64,000 nucleotides of DNA, taken from assembly GCA_963761305.1 (NCBI GenBank), contig CAVXGK010000002.1, positions 2,208,001 to 2,272,000 on the forward strand, read 5' to 3'. Source of the stretch: an uncultured Gemmatimonadaceae bacterium. GTDB lineage: Bacteria; Gemmatimonadota; Gemmatimonadetes; Gemmatimonadales; Gemmatimonadaceae. Of the stretch, positions 1 through 10,003 are shown one piece after another (positions within the stretch are counted from its first letter, which is position 1; every line of letters begins with the position of its first letter). The notes under the pieces are model-generated. The model was not told where the DNA came from and made no database searches. It saw nothing but the letters and a program-made list of their open reading frames with translations. Made by a program: the position numbers and the translations under genes.

Positions 1-584
1 ATGTGGTGAAGCGACGCGACGAAACCGAGAAGCTTGCCGTTGGTGCGCACCGGCATCACCAACCAGAACAACGCACGGTCGCCGACGCGCTGCAGCTCAC
101 CGATCTGCGCGGAATCGACGATGCGAAGCGCGCCGAGGCCGCGATCGCGAATCGAAGCAGGCGGCGGCGCCTCGGCGGGGAGAACGAGTTGCAGGGTCGC
201 GCCGGTGTCGGCGCCGACCGAGGCGAGCCGGTGACCCTCGGCGTTCCACAGCTCCATCGGAAGGCCGGAGTCCGACAGAATTCCGAGCTTTCGTATCGAC
301 GCCGTCGCCGCCGCGACGTTCGCCGGGTCCGGCGATGACAGTGCGGCGCGAACGGCCGCGTCTTCGGCGACGCGCGCGAACCGCATCTCGCCCGTGCGGA
401 TCGAGTTGCCGCTCACCGTCACGATCTGACGCACGCTGCGGTTCAATCCGGTACGCGCATCGCGCAGCGTCGAACGCGTCATCGTCACCCACACGCCGAT
501 GACGGCCACGCCGAGCACCGCTGCGACGATCGCCGTGCTGGCGAGCGACAGCGTCTGAGCCGCGGAAAATCGGTATCTGGTCAA
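1..584 (-). CDS. Partial (runs off window start) membrane-anchored sensor protein, probably the N-terminus of a histidine kinase or other signal transducer
   Basis: Not in the ORF track because it has no stop in the window. Manual translation from TTG at 584, with GGAGG upstream: MTRYRFSAAQTLSLASTAIVAAVLGVAVIGVWVTMTRS...LFWLVMPVRTNGKLLGFVASLHH. One TM helix is followed by an extracytoplasmic Cache-like domain. Confidence 0.55.
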   Translation of the reverse strand, partial: MTRYRFSAAQTLSLASTAIVAAVLGVAVIGVWVTMTRSTLRDARTGLNRSVRQIVTVSGNSIRTGEMRFARVAEDAAVRAALSSPDPANVAAATASIRKLGILSDSGLPMELWNAEGHRLASVGADTGATLQLVLPAEAPPPASIRDRGLGALRIVDSAQIGELQRVGDRALFWLVMPVRTNGKLLGFVASLHH

Positions 585-738
585 GCGGCCACCTCCGGCT
601 TCGGAAGGCGTGAGCGGGTCAGGACCGCTCTTCTGCACACTCGGGGCCGCCAGACCAAGAGCTGACGGAACGAAGCCGGCGTACGCGCAAGCGAGCTCAC
701 GCGTACGCCGGAGTATCACGGATCGGCTGAACGACGTG

Positions 739-3648
739 CTACGGAACGATGGACTGCGTCGTGTTCGTGGGCGCGTAGATGCCGTTGAACAGGAACTTGA
801 AGGTCCCGTGCGGCTGACCGCGGAACGTGATCTCGGGACCGAACAGATAGACCTTGCCCTTGCCGTAGTTCGACTCGACGACGGCGGCGCCGCCCTCGAG
901 GTAGTTCTGCCCCCACGCCCAACCGCTGCGCAGTGGCGTCTCGCTGTCGAACCATGCCACCGCCTTCGTACCCTTGAGCGCCGCGTCCGGATCGAGCCGG
1001 AACACAGGGCTGTTGTCGAAGAACACGTCCAGGCGCTTGTCGAATCCGGCCGCCACCGGATCGTTGTTGTCGACGGCGACATTCAGGATCGAGCCCGGCA
1101 CGTAGTACTCCTCGCCGGTAAGCGCGCGATCCGCCTGCCCCGGTCCGCGGACGACGAGGTGATTCTCGATCGGCAGCTCCAGCGCATACCCAAGCGTGGT
1201 CGCCGTGCCGACGGCCACGATCACGCCGCCGTCATTCAGGAACTGCTTGAGCTGCGGGAGCGTGGTCTCCGGCGTCATCTGGCCGATCATGTGTTGATAC
1301 TCGGGCGGGATGCTGGCACCGCGGCCACCACCACCGCCGCCGCCGCGACCACCGAAGCCCGCACCGCCGGCGCCGCGAATTTGCGCGCCCGACGGGAGAA
1401 TCAGCACGTCGAACTTGCTCTTGAGATTGCCGGCGTCGAGATCCTGCGGGTAGACCACCTGATAAGGAATCTCGAATTGCTCGAACTCGTATCGCGTCCA
1501 GCCGGACGGCATCGAGCCGCCGTACTGGTCGAACAGCGCGATGCGCTTGGACGACAGCTTGATCGCGTCCGCCGGCCGCGACGAGACGCCGACGAAGTCC
1601 ACGCCGAGGTCCGCGGCCGACTTTTGCAGCACGGCCGCACTCGCGGCCGGGATGAAGAACGTGCCGGCCGGATACGTCTTGCCATTCGCCTGAATCGGCG
1701 AGCGCAGCCAATCCACCTCGCCGTTCGCCTTGAACACGCGGTTGAGCACCGTGACGGCGTCGTTCTCCGCGTGCGACATCAGGTAGCCCGCCGCACTCGA
1801 TGCATTCGCCAACGCGCCCACCATCGGCTTCGCCAGCTCGGTGCCGCGAATCTGCTTGAGGTTCGGAACGTCGAAACCGTCGAGCACGCGGTCGAACTTC
1901 ACACCCATCTCGTAGGCGAGCGTCCAACCGGCGTTGTCGTATGGGCGACGCGGCGGACCGCCCGGATATGCGAAGTCGTTCGGGTGATCCTGTGGCTCCA
2001 TCATGTCGAGGACCTGCCCGCGCGCCGCCTGGGCGGTCTTGATCACGAACGAGCCGGCCGGATAGTTGTTGCCGGCCACTGAGAACGGCGCCGTCGCCTG
2101 GTCGACGTAGACGCCGACGTGGCGCAGCGTATTCACGAACTTGACCGCCGTGAGGAAGTCCGGCTGGTCCGACGGAATGATGTAGCCGCGCGGATCGCGC
2201 TTGTCTTTGGCGTGGAGCACGTCGTTGTACGCATGCATCTGCGCTTCGACGCTTCCGTTGCCTCGGCCGAAGGGCGCGCCGGGATTCCCGATCGCTCCAC
2301 CGGGTTGATCCCCGGCTGGAACCGGCGCCGCGGCACCACCGCGACCACCACGACCGCCTCGGCCACCGGCCGGCGCGCCCGCCTGAACCGCGCCGCTCGA
2401 CGCGTTGAGCGCCGCCTCGGCTTCGGCGATGCGCTTGCCGGAGATCGTCCAGTTGTCGCGGTTGCCTTCGTCGATCGAGTGCTTCGCCATCAGGTACTTG
2501 TCGTACAGGAACGTCTCACGGTAGCGCGACGCGAGGTCGAAGATCGCGTAGTTCGCTTCCACCGAGTAGTCGATCGCCGTGCGGAAGTGGAAGATGCCCG
2601 GCGTCACCGGCGCCGGCAGGTCGCCGCGCGGCAGCTGCTGATCGGGAATGAACGGGATTCGCTCGGGCGTCGGGTTGCCGATCGTCTCCGTGAGAATGCC
2701 GATGATGCCCTGGAAATAGCCGATCGTTCGGAATCCGCCGTTCCACCACGTCGAGTAGCTCGACCCCGAGCGCATCGTGAAGCCCGGCATGTTGTGCTCG
2801 AGCAAACGCTGGTGAATCGCCGCGCCGACCATGTCGAGCCCCATCACGATCATGGGATCGAAGTTGTAGTTGAACGGATCGCGGAACGGCGGCGAAAACA
2901 TCACCGTGCCCGCGGGTCCGGTCTGGTGATGGTTGTACATGATCACCGGATGCCATTCCCAGAACATGAAGTGGTTCACGTTCTTGGTCTCGGCCAGGTT
3001 CGACATGAACGAATCGCGGTTGTCGTCGTGGCCCGCGTATTTGTTGTACAGACGCGGAATGTTCATCGTCCGCGCGAGCGAATCCTTGTCCTTCATATAC
3101 CAGTCGGCGACGAGTTGCATGCCGTCGGGATTGGCGTGCACGGCGAGGATGATGTCGTCGTGCAGGATGCGCTTCGTCTCGTCGTCGTTGCGGCTGATGA
3201 GCTGGTACGTCGTCTCGATCAGCTGGTTCGCGCCGAGGACTTCGGTGGCGTGGAGGCCGCCGTCGAACCAGACGACCGCCTTGCCTTCCTTTGCCAGCTC
3301 GTGCGCCTGCGCGTCGGTGAGGCCCTCACCTTTCGCGAGCTTCATCGAGATGTCTTTGTATTTCGCGAGGAGCTTGAAGTTTTCCGGCGCCGTGATGATC
3401 GCCGCCATCTGCGGGCGACCCTCGGAAGACTTCCCGATCTCGACCGACTGCATGCGATCGGACTCCTGGTCGATCTTCTTCCAGTACGCCAAGAACTGGT
3501 CGTAGTTGGGCAGCCAGTAGTCGTCGCCGATGTTGTGGCCGAAGAACTCCTTCGGCGACGTCACATGACCCTGCGCGCCGGCGGTGACGGCGGCGAAGGC
3601 GATGGGCGCGAGCGCCAGGCGCCACGAGCGAAGCATCCGCATCTTCAT
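739..3648 (-). CDS. Secreted M14-family zinc carboxypeptidase-like protein with C-terminal glutamine-amidotransferase-like domain
   Basis: Signal peptide ending AGA-Q; GLHATE (HxxE); NPDG; HDDNRD; HHQ motif; Gly/Arg-rich linkers. Confidence 0.8.
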   Translation of the reverse strand: MKMRMLRSWRLALAPIAFAAVTAGAQGHVTSPKEFFGHNIGDDYWLPNYDQFLAYWKKIDQESDRMQSVEIGKSSEGRPQMAAIITAPENFKLLAKYKDISMKLAKGEGLTDAQAHELAKEGKAVVWFDGGLHATEVLGANQLIETTYQLISRNDDETKRILHDDIILAVHANPDGMQLVADWYMKDKDSLARTMNIPRLYNKYAGHDDNRDSFMSNLAETKNVNHFMFWEWHPVIMYNHHQTGPAGTVMFSPPFRDPFNYNFDPMIVMGLDMVGAAIHQRLLEHNMPGFTMRSGSSYSTWWNGGFRTIGYFQGIIGILTETIGNPTPERIPFIPDQQLPRGDLPAPVTPGIFHFRTAIDYSVEANYAIFDLASRYRETFLYDKYLMAKHSIDEGNRDNWTISGKRIAEAEAALNASSGAVQAGAPAGGRGGRGGRGGAAAPVPAGDQPGGAIGNPGAPFGRGNGSVEAQMHAYNDVLHAKDKRDPRGYIIPSDQPDFLTAVKFVNTLRHVGVYVDQATAPFSVAGNNYPAGSFVIKTAQAARGQVLDMMEPQDHPNDFAYPGGPPRRPYDNAGWTLAYEMGVKFDRVLDGFDVPNLKQIRGTELAKPMVGALANASSAAGYLMSHAENDAVTVLNRVFKANGEVDWLRSPIQANGKTYPAGTFFIPAASAAVLQKSAADLGVDFVGVSSRPADAIKLSSKRIALFDQYGGSMPSGWTRYEFEQFEIPYQVVYPQDLDAGNLKSKFDVLILPSGAQIRGAGGAGFGGRGGGGGGGRGASIPPEYQHMIGQMTPETTLPQLKQFLNDGGVIVAVGTATTLGYALELPIENHLVVRGPGQADRALTGEEYYVPGSILNVAVDNNDPVAAGFDKRLDVFFDNSPVFRLDPDAALKGTKAVAWFDSETPLRSGWAWGQNYLEGGAAVVESNYGKGKVYLFGPEITFRGQPHGTFKFLFNGIYAPTNTTQSIVP

Positions 3649-3876
3649 CGAGAGCCTCTGAACTGGTGGGAAAAGGGCGGCGTTTCAAGTGCCAGGGAGC
3701 CGACGAAACCGGGTGCAAGTCTCGCCTGGGACGCAGGATAGATTGGCCTCTGGGACTACGCGTCGGAAGGGCCTAGCGCTGGTGCCGAAACCCCTCGACA
3801 GAGCGCCCGAAGGGCGGTAGCGTCGAGGCGTTGGGCCTCGACGCCGGAACCCCCACCCTCGCCCGGATTGGCCTAC

Positions 3877-5004
3877 ATGCGCGCCGTTCAGGCAGTTGTG
3901 CTCGCCGGTTTGTTCATCGCCGCGGCCGGAGGACCGGGCCGCGGGCAATCAGTGGCCGTGGCGCCGTACCCCAAGACGGGCGTCGACTACAGCGGCATCG
4001 ACGCGTTCTATCGAATCGCCGACATCCTGGCCAAGGACGCGGAGCCCACCGAAGGAGAGTGGGCGGCGATGCTCGCGACGCCCGGCTACCGCATGGTCCA
4101 AATCGACAACCGCGGAATCCGCGGCCGAATCGATTTGGCGCTCAAGCCATCGCGTCGCGCGGAGCGAGACAGTGTGCTCAAGACGGACGGCGACGCGTCT
4201 CGGGCCGTGGCTCACCTGATCGAAGCCGCCGCCAACCGCCAGCGCGTCCTCGAGACGCGTCGAGTCCTCGCGCATTCCATCGCCGATTCCATTGCTCGGG
4301 CAAGCGTCCGCAGCGCGCGATTTCTTCCGGCGGGCACCGTCGAGCGCATCGGCACTCCTTTCATGGCGTTCGCGGTTTTCGCCGACGACGGGTTTGCCGA
4401 GGATCCCGGCGTGCTGCTCGATCCGCTCTACGTCGAGAAACAGGGTCTCGTGGATCTGCTCGCGCACGAGTTCCACCACTGCTTCACCAGCGCGTTGGAT
4501 CGCACGCTGTCGCGCCCCGAGCTCATGGCGCTGCGGCCGCCGCCGACCGACATCGCGCTGTTCTTCGTGCTCGTGCATTTGCGCAACGAAGGAGTGGCCG
4601 ATCAGGTCGACAAGACCTATCCTCTCCCGACCCAGGCCGGACTCGAGTGGTATGCGAAGGGTTACAACGAAGCCTATCCGCGGACGCCGGCCCTCCTTCG
4701 TTCGTTCGATTCGCTGCTCACGATCGCCGCCGACCACCCGGAGAGCGTGCGCGCCCTCGCCCCGACGGCTCAGAAATTGTTCTGGTCGAACGGCCATCCG
4801 AATGGAGCCTACATGGCGCGCGAGATCGTCGAGACCTTTGGCGTTGACTCGCTCTTCCCGGGCCTGTACGACCCGATGGCGTTCGCGCGTACATATGCGT
4901 CCGCCGAACGGAAGCGCGGCAACCCGCCGCCGTTCTCCGAGAAGACGATGAGGTTGTTCGATTCCATGACGGCTCGATTCGAACGGCCGGCTGAGTCCCG
5001 GTAA
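3877..5004 (+). CDS. Secreted putative Zn-dependent protease (gluzincin-like HExxH...E)
   Basis: Signal-like N-terminus from ATG 3877; LAHEFHH followed by NEGVAD. Confidence 0.65.
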   Translation: MRAVQAVVLAGLFIAAAGGPGRGQSVAVAPYPKTGVDYSGIDAFYRIADILAKDAEPTEGEWAAMLATPGYRMVQIDNRGIRGRIDLALKPSRRAERDSVLKTDGDASRAVAHLIEAAANRQRVLETRRVLAHSIADSIARASVRSARFLPAGTVERIGTPFMAFAVFADDGFAEDPGVLLDPLYVEKQGLVDLLAHEFHHCFTSALDRTLSRPELMALRPPPTDIALFFVLVHLRNEGVADQVDKTYPLPTQAGLEWYAKGYNEAYPRTPALLRSFDSLLTIAADHPESVRALAPTAQKLFWSNGHPNGAYMAREIVETFGVDSLFPGLYDPMAFARTYASAERKRGNPPPFSEKTMRLFDSMTARFERPAESR

Positions 5005-5031
5005 TCGTTCCGCGCGCGTGCTGGGGCAGCA

Positions 5032-5820
5032 ATGAGGCGCGCGCTTCCGAGCGCACTGTGCATTGGGCTGGCGGTTCACCCGATGCCGGCGCAAGAACGC
5101 TCGACGGCGGACAAGCCGCGTGGCGCAATCTTCGGTGCGGTCACCGACACAGCGCTCGCGCCGATCGCCGGCGCCGACATTGAATTCGTCGGCACGGCGA
5201 TTCAGGTCAAATCCGATGCGACCGGCCGCTTCCTCGTCACGAGCCTGCCGCCGGGCTCGTACATCGTCATCGCACGGCGCGTGAGTTTTCAGCCGAGCGT
5301 CAACGTCGCCGAAGTGCGGCCAGGCGACACGCTGCGCCTCGCGTTTCTCCTCCAGCCCGCAGCGGCCGAACTGAAGCCGGTCGTCGTCACCGAGCGCGCC
5401 GGATCCGCACGTTTGAAAGAATTCGAATCGCGGCGCGCCAAGGGCGTCGGCGAATTCTTCACTCAGCAGCAAATCGAGGCGCGGAACGTCCAGGCAGTGA
5501 TCGACCTGCTTTGGGAATCGAAGACGATCCGCCTCAAGCAAACCGGGCTAGGTGCCGTGGCGTTGAGCCGCCGGAATTTCGGGTACGACTGCTACATGCA
5601 GGTTTATGTCGACGGCGTTCCGCTCGACGGTCCCAAGGGCGGCCCCGTGGACATCATGTCGCTCCCGTCGCCGAAGGAACTCATGCGCATCGAGATTTAC
5701 GCCGGAGCCGCGACGACTCCGATCTGGCTTCCTGCCGACCGCGGCATGTCGCACACTGGCTGCGGCGCGATCATGCTCTGGACCCGCGACGGCTCGGAGC
5801 CCGAGAGAAAGCCAAGCTGA
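5032..5820 (+). CDS. Carboxypeptidase-regulatory-like domain plus TonB-receptor plug-like domain protein (no beta-barrel)
   Basis: Signal peptide; G-x-V-x-D...GA...G-x-F...LPPGSY...ARR pattern; C-terminal VYVDGVP...IEIY...CGAIMLWT plug-like pattern. Confidence 0.7.
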   Translation: MRRALPSALCIGLAVHPMPAQERSTADKPRGAIFGAVTDTALAPIAGADIEFVGTAIQVKSDATGRFLVTSLPPGSYIVIARRVSFQPSVNVAEVRPGDTLRLAFLLQPAAAELKPVVVTERAGSARLKEFESRRAKGVGEFFTQQQIEARNVQAVIDLLWESKTIRLKQTGLGAVALSRRNFGYDCYMQVYVDGVPLDGPKGGPVDIMSLPSPKELMRIEIYAGAATTPIWLPADRGMSHTGCGAIMLWTRDGSEPERKPS

Positions 5821-5834
5821 ACCGGTCCACCGGT

Positions 5835-6593
5835 TCAGCCGTCCAGCCGCGTCAGTACTCTCGGTCCGTCCTCGGTGATCGCGACCGTGTGCTCGAAATG
5901 CGCCGACAGCGATCCGTCGAGCGTCACGATCGTCCACCGATCCGCGAGCGTCTTCGTCGCCGGTCCGCCGACGTTCACCATCGGCTCGATCGCCAGCGTG
6001 AGGCCCGCCGAGAGGCGCTCGCGCCGCTTGGGCTTGCCATAGTTCGGTACCTGCGGCTCCTCGTGGAATTCGACGCCGATGCCGTGGCCCACCAGATCAC
6101 GCACCACGGTGAATCCCGACTCCTCGACGACGCCCTGCACCGCCGCGCCGATGTCGCCGATGTGATTGCCGACGACCGCCGCGTCGATCCCCGCCGCCAG
6201 TGCCTTCTGCGTGACGTCGAGCAACCGTTGCGCTTCGGTCGAAATCGTGCCGACGGGTACCGTCGTCGCGCTGTCGGTGAAGTAGCCCTTATAGCCGACG
6301 CCGACGTCGAGCGAGATGATGTCGCCCTCTTTGACGACGCGCTTCGGCGACGGAATGCCGTGCACGATCTCGTTGTTCACCGACGCGCAGATGCTGCCCG
6401 GAAATCCGTACAGCCCTTTGAACGCCGGCACCGCGCCCTCGTGGCTCCGGATGAACTGCTCGGCGATCGTGTCGAGCTCGCCCGTCGAGATGCCGGGGCG
6501 CACCGCGCCGCGCAATGTTTCGACGGTCGCGGCGAGAATTTTCCCGCCTTGCGTCATGAGATCGAGCTCGCGGGCCGACTTGAGCTGAATCAC
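5835..6593 (-). CDS. map: Type I methionine aminopeptidase
   Basis: GTG start at 6593 overlaps the adk stop; SVNNEIVHGIP, DVG, DSA, GHGIG..HEEP, AIEPM and AHFEHT motifs. Confidence 0.97.
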   Translation of the reverse strand: MIQLKSARELDLMTQGGKILAATVETLRGAVRPGISTGELDTIAEQFIRSHEGAVPAFKGLYGFPGSICASVNNEIVHGIPSPKRVVKEGDIISLDVGVGYKGYFTDSATTVPVGTISTEAQRLLDVTQKALAAGIDAAVVGNHIGDIGAAVQGVVEESGFTVVRDLVGHGIGVEFHEEPQVPNYGKPKRRERLSAGLTLAIEPMVNVGGPATKTLADRWTIVTLDGSLSAHFEHTVAITEDGPRVLTRLDG

Positions 6594-7228
6594 ACGTCGA
6601 GCGCCTTCAGCGCGCGCGCGGTGATCTCGTCGACCGTTCCCACCGCGTTGATGACGATCACTTTGCCGCCGTTCTTCGCGTACCAGTCGAGCACTGGCGC
6701 CGTCTGTTCGTCGTAGACGCGCAGCCTCGTGCGAATGGCCTCGGGTTCGTCGTCCTTTCGCCGCACGAGCTTTCCGCCGTCCTTTTTGTCGCACGCCGAG
6801 CCCGGCAGCCGTCCGGCGTACGGCGTCTGGCATTTCTCACACACCGTGCGCGTGCTCAAGCGGTTCACGATCTCGTCGTTGTCGATGTCGAAGACGAGCA
6901 CCGCGTCCACCCGCCGCATGAGCAGCGTGAGCATCATGGCCAGCCCCTCGGCCTGCGGCACGGTGCGGACGACGCCGTCGAGCAGCACGCCGCGTTCGTA
7001 CTCGGGGTGCTTCAACTCCTCGCCCACGATGCCGAGGATGACCGAGTCCGGCACGAGGTCCCCGCGATCCATGAACGCCTTGGCCTCGAGTCCGAGCTTG
7101 GTGCCGGCGCGCACCGCGCCGCGCAGCACATCGCCCGTCGCCAGCGTCGGCACGCCGAGCTTCGCCGACAGCAGCGGCGCCTGCGTTCCCTTCCCCGCGC
7201 CCGGTTTTCCGAAGAGGACGATGATCAT
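6590..7228 (-). CDS. adk: Adenylate kinase
   Basis: GKPGAGKGTQA P-loop; Cys-containing LID; RKDD; position next to secY and map. Confidence 0.96.
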   Translation of the reverse strand: MIIVLFGKPGAGKGTQAPLLSAKLGVPTLATGDVLRGAVRAGTKLGLEAKAFMDRGDLVPDSVILGIVGEELKHPEYERGVLLDGVVRTVPQAEGLAMMLTLLMRRVDAVLVFDIDNDEIVNRLSTRTVCEKCQTPYAGRLPGSACDKKDGGKLVRRKDDEPEAIRTRLRVYDEQTAPVLDWYAKNGGKVIVINAVGTVDEITARALKALDV

Positions 7229-7330
7229 GGTGGCGGAAATGTATGGGGATTCCGGTGCATCCGGGAATGAAAGGATGACGGTCGTTCCGCGCCGGCGAGC
7301 CACCCTATCGGTCGGCTCTCGGAACTACTC

Positions 7331-7773
7331 AACGCAGAGGCGCGGAGGCGCGGAGAACGACCATGAGGGAATTGAACGACATCAGTGGTGAGATCGTCGA
7401 CGGGTCCGTGCGGGTTCATTCGGCACTCGGCCCCGGATTGCTCGAGAGCGCCTACCAGACATGCCTTGCGTACGAGCTTCGAGAGCGCGGGCTGTTCGTT
7501 CGCACGCAGGTGCCACTCCCAGTCGTGTACCGAGGCATCGAACTGTCAGTCGGCTACAGAGTTGATCTTCTCGTCGATGACGCCGTCATGGCGGAGCTCA
7601 AAACCGTCCCAAACATCCTACCGGTCCATGAAGGCCAACTTCTCACATACCTCAAGATGAGCGATCGTCGACTGGGCCTGCTCCTCAACTTCCATGTTCC
7701 GCCGATGCGAGACGGCATCAAGCGCCTCGTAAACAAATTCTAATGTTTCTCTGCGACTCCGCGTCTCCGCGGT
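7331..7773. mobile_element. Putative GxxExxY cassette bounded by inverted arms, each of three CGCRGAGN octamers
   Basis: Left arm 7333-7356 is CGCAGAGG CGCGGAGG CGCGGAGA. Right arm 7748-7771, reverse-complemented, is CGCGGAGA CGCGGAGT CGCAGAGA. The gene is inserted antisense between secY and adk. Confidence 0.6.
7363..7743 (+). CDS. GxxExxY protein (PD-(D/E)xK nuclease superfamily)
   Basis: LGPGLLESAY motif; RVDLLV..ELK; QLLTYLK; GLLLNF. Confidence 0.93.
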   Translation: MRELNDISGEIVDGSVRVHSALGPGLLESAYQTCLAYELRERGLFVRTQVPLPVVYRGIELSVGYRVDLLVDDAVMAELKTVPNILPVHEGQLLTYLKMSDRRLGLLLNFHVPPMRDGIKRLVNKF

Positions 7774-7795
7774 AAAGCTGTTCACGACGCGCCAC

Positions 7796-7830
7796 AAAAG
7801 AGGAGGCCCGGCCTTTGACAGCCGGGCCCC
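7796..7830 (-). terminator. Intrinsic terminator after secY
   Basis: Minus strand GGGCCCGGC-TGTCAAAG-GCCGGGCCT followed by CCTCTTTT. Confidence 0.65.
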
Positions 7831-7849
7831 GAACGACTCCGCGACCTCG

Positions 7850-9190
7850 CTAGTACCCGCCGGGCGCTCCCTGCCGCCCACGGAACTTGATCCGCCCTTT
7901 CTTCATGAAGCCGTCATACTTCCGCAGCAGCAGGTGCTGTTCCATCTGCGTGATCGTATCCAGCGCGACGCCGACAACGATCAGCAGCGACGTACCACCG
8001 AAGTTGAACGGCACGTTCATCGCCGTCGAAATCCAGATCGGCAGGAGCGCGACGGCCGTCAGGAAGAGCGCGCCGGGCAGCGTGATCTTGGAGACGACGT
8101 CGTCGATGTACTCGGCCGTCTTGGCGCCGGGCTTCACGCCCGGCACGAACCCGCCCTGCTTCTTCAGATTCTCGGCGACATCGATCGGGTTGAAGATGAT
8201 CGACGTGTAGAAGTACGTGAAGAACAGGATGAGGATCGCCGACAGGATGTAGTACATCGTCGACCCTGGAGCGAGATAGTCCGCGAAATCGCGAAGACGC
8301 GGGCTGCCCATGAACTGCGCGATGGCGCCTGGCACGACGATCACCGACTGCGCGAAGACGATCGGCATCACGCCCGACGCGTTGACGCGAAGCGGGATGA
8401 AGCTGCGGCTCGCTTCGCGCATCCGGCCTTTCGCCATCGTCCGCTGCGGTATCTGGATCAGCACCTTGCGCGCCGCCATCGTCACCGTGACCACGGCCGC
8501 GACGACGCCCGCCATGATGAGGATCAGCACGACGAGCGAGAAGGCGCCGATGACGCCCGTGCTCACGTAGCCGAACGCCGAGAAAATGCTCGGCCAGATG
8601 CGCTCGACGATCGAGAAGAAGATCATCAAGCTCGCGCCGTTGCCGATCCCGCGCTCGGTGATCTGTTCGCCGAGCCACATCACGAACACCGCGCCGACGG
8701 TGAGGAAGAACGTCATCAGCAAGCGGAATCTGAAACCGGGATTCACGACGGCGCCGGTGATGCCTTCGGCGAAAATCGCGAAGCCCCACGCCTGCACGGC
8801 GGCGAGCGCCACGGTCGCGTAGCGCGACCACTGGTTCAGGCGCTTTCTGCCTTCCTCGTCCTTCGACATCTTGTCGACCTGCGGCACCACGGCCTGCGCG
8901 ATCTGCTGGAAGATGCTGGCCGAGATGTACGGCATGATCCCCAGCGCGAAGACCGTCGCGCGGGCGAGCTGGCCGCCGGTGAACAGATTGTACAACCCGA
9001 GCAGACCGCCGCCGTTCTTCTGCGAATCGATGAAATCCGAGATCGCCTGCGGGTTGATGCCCGGCGCCGTGACGTGCGCGCCGATGCGATACACCAGCAG
9101 GCAGAGCAGCGTGAACAGGATCTTGTCTTTCAGCTCCGGCGTGCGAAACAGATTCTGGACCGCGTTCGTCGCCGCATTCGACTGAGCCAT
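7850..9190 (-). CDS. secY: Preprotein translocase subunit SecY
   Basis: LGIMPYISASI, WLGEQITERGIGNG, GGTSLLIVVGV; start reassigned to ATG 9190. Confidence 0.98.
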   Translation of the reverse strand: MAQSNAATNAVQNLFRTPELKDKILFTLLCLLVYRIGAHVTAPGINPQAISDFIDSQKNGGGLLGLYNLFTGGQLARATVFALGIMPYISASIFQQIAQAVVPQVDKMSKDEEGRKRLNQWSRYATVALAAVQAWGFAIFAEGITGAVVNPGFRFRLLMTFFLTVGAVFVMWLGEQITERGIGNGASLMIFFSIVERIWPSIFSAFGYVSTGVIGAFSLVVLILIMAGVVAAVVTVTMAARKVLIQIPQRTMAKGRMREASRSFIPLRVNASGVMPIVFAQSVIVVPGAIAQFMGSPRLRDFADYLAPGSTMYYILSAILILFFTYFYTSIIFNPIDVAENLKKQGGFVPGVKPGAKTAEYIDDVVSKITLPGALFLTAVALLPIWISTAMNVPFNFGGTSLLIVVGVALDTITQMEQHLLLRKYDGFMKKGRIKFRGRQGAPGGY

Positions 9191-9203
9191 GATGTTCCCT
9201 CGG

Positions 9204-9686
9204 TTACTCCTCGACGCGGCCACCGGCCGCAACAATCTTCTCGCGGGCGCCAGCGCTCACCTTGAGCCCGCGCACGGCGATCGCCTTCGTAATCTCGCCG
9301 TTCGCCAACACCTTCACCGGTCCCTTCGCGGCGCGGATCATACCCGCCTCGGCAAGTGACTCGCGCGTGATCTCGCCGTCGAGCGTCTCGAGATCGTTCA
9401 GCCGCACGATCTGCGATTCCACGCGGAACGGATTGGTGAAGCCGCGCTTCGGCAAGCGACGCGTGAGCGGCATCTGGCCACCCTCGAAATGTGGCTTGCC
9501 GCCGCCCGGACCGTGGTGGCCCGCGCGCGCCTTGATACCCTTGGTGCCTTTGCCCGACGTCTTACCGGTGCCGGAGCCCGGACCGCGACCCAGACGTTTG
9601 CGGTTGCGCGTCGCGCCCGGCGCGGGCACGAGGTTGTAGAGGCCGATCTTTTCGACCTTGGCCTCGGCCTTCGCTTTCTTCGCCAT
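9204..9686 (-). CDS. rplO: 50S ribosomal protein L15
   Basis: [34 protein letters not shown]; true start is ATG 9686. Confidence 0.97.
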   Translation of the reverse strand: MAKKAKAEAKVEKIGLYNLVPAPGATRNRKRLGRGPGSGTGKTSGKGTKGIKARAGHHGPGGGKPHFEGGQMPLTRRLPKRGFTNPFRVESQIVRLNDLETLDGEITRESLAEAGMIRAAKGPVKVLANGEITKAIAVRGLKVSAGAREKIVAAGGRVEE

Positions 9687-10003
9687 TACTTGGTCTCCTC
9701 CGCCGTCTCGGCCTTCGCCCTGGCTTTCGCTTTGGGCTTGGCCTTGGCCTGCCCGTCGATCACCGTGACCTGGACGAGATGACGAACTTGCTTGAGCTGT
9801 CCGCGCAGTCCGTCGGTGATCGGTTTCTCGACCACGGCCTGGTGGTGCTTGAGACCGATCGCTTCGAGCGTCGCACGCATGCGCCACGAGTGCCCGATGC
9901 CGCTGCGGACCTGTTTGATGCGTACGCTGCCCGACTCGGGCAGGTTTTGTTTTTCGGTTTTCGCCGGCCCGCGTCGCGGGTGCCACACGAACGTGCGCGC
10001 CAT
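9686..10003 (-). CDS. rpmD: 50S ribosomal protein L30 with N- and C-terminal extensions
   Basis: [11 protein letters not shown]...TLEAIGL...[10 protein letters not shown] core; position between rpsE and rplO. Confidence 0.92.
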   Translation of the reverse strand: MARTFVWHPRRGPAKTEKQNLPESGSVRIKQVRSGIGHSWRMRATLEAIGLKHHQAVVEKPITDGLRGQLKQVRHLVQVTVIDGQAKAKPKAKARAKAETAEETK

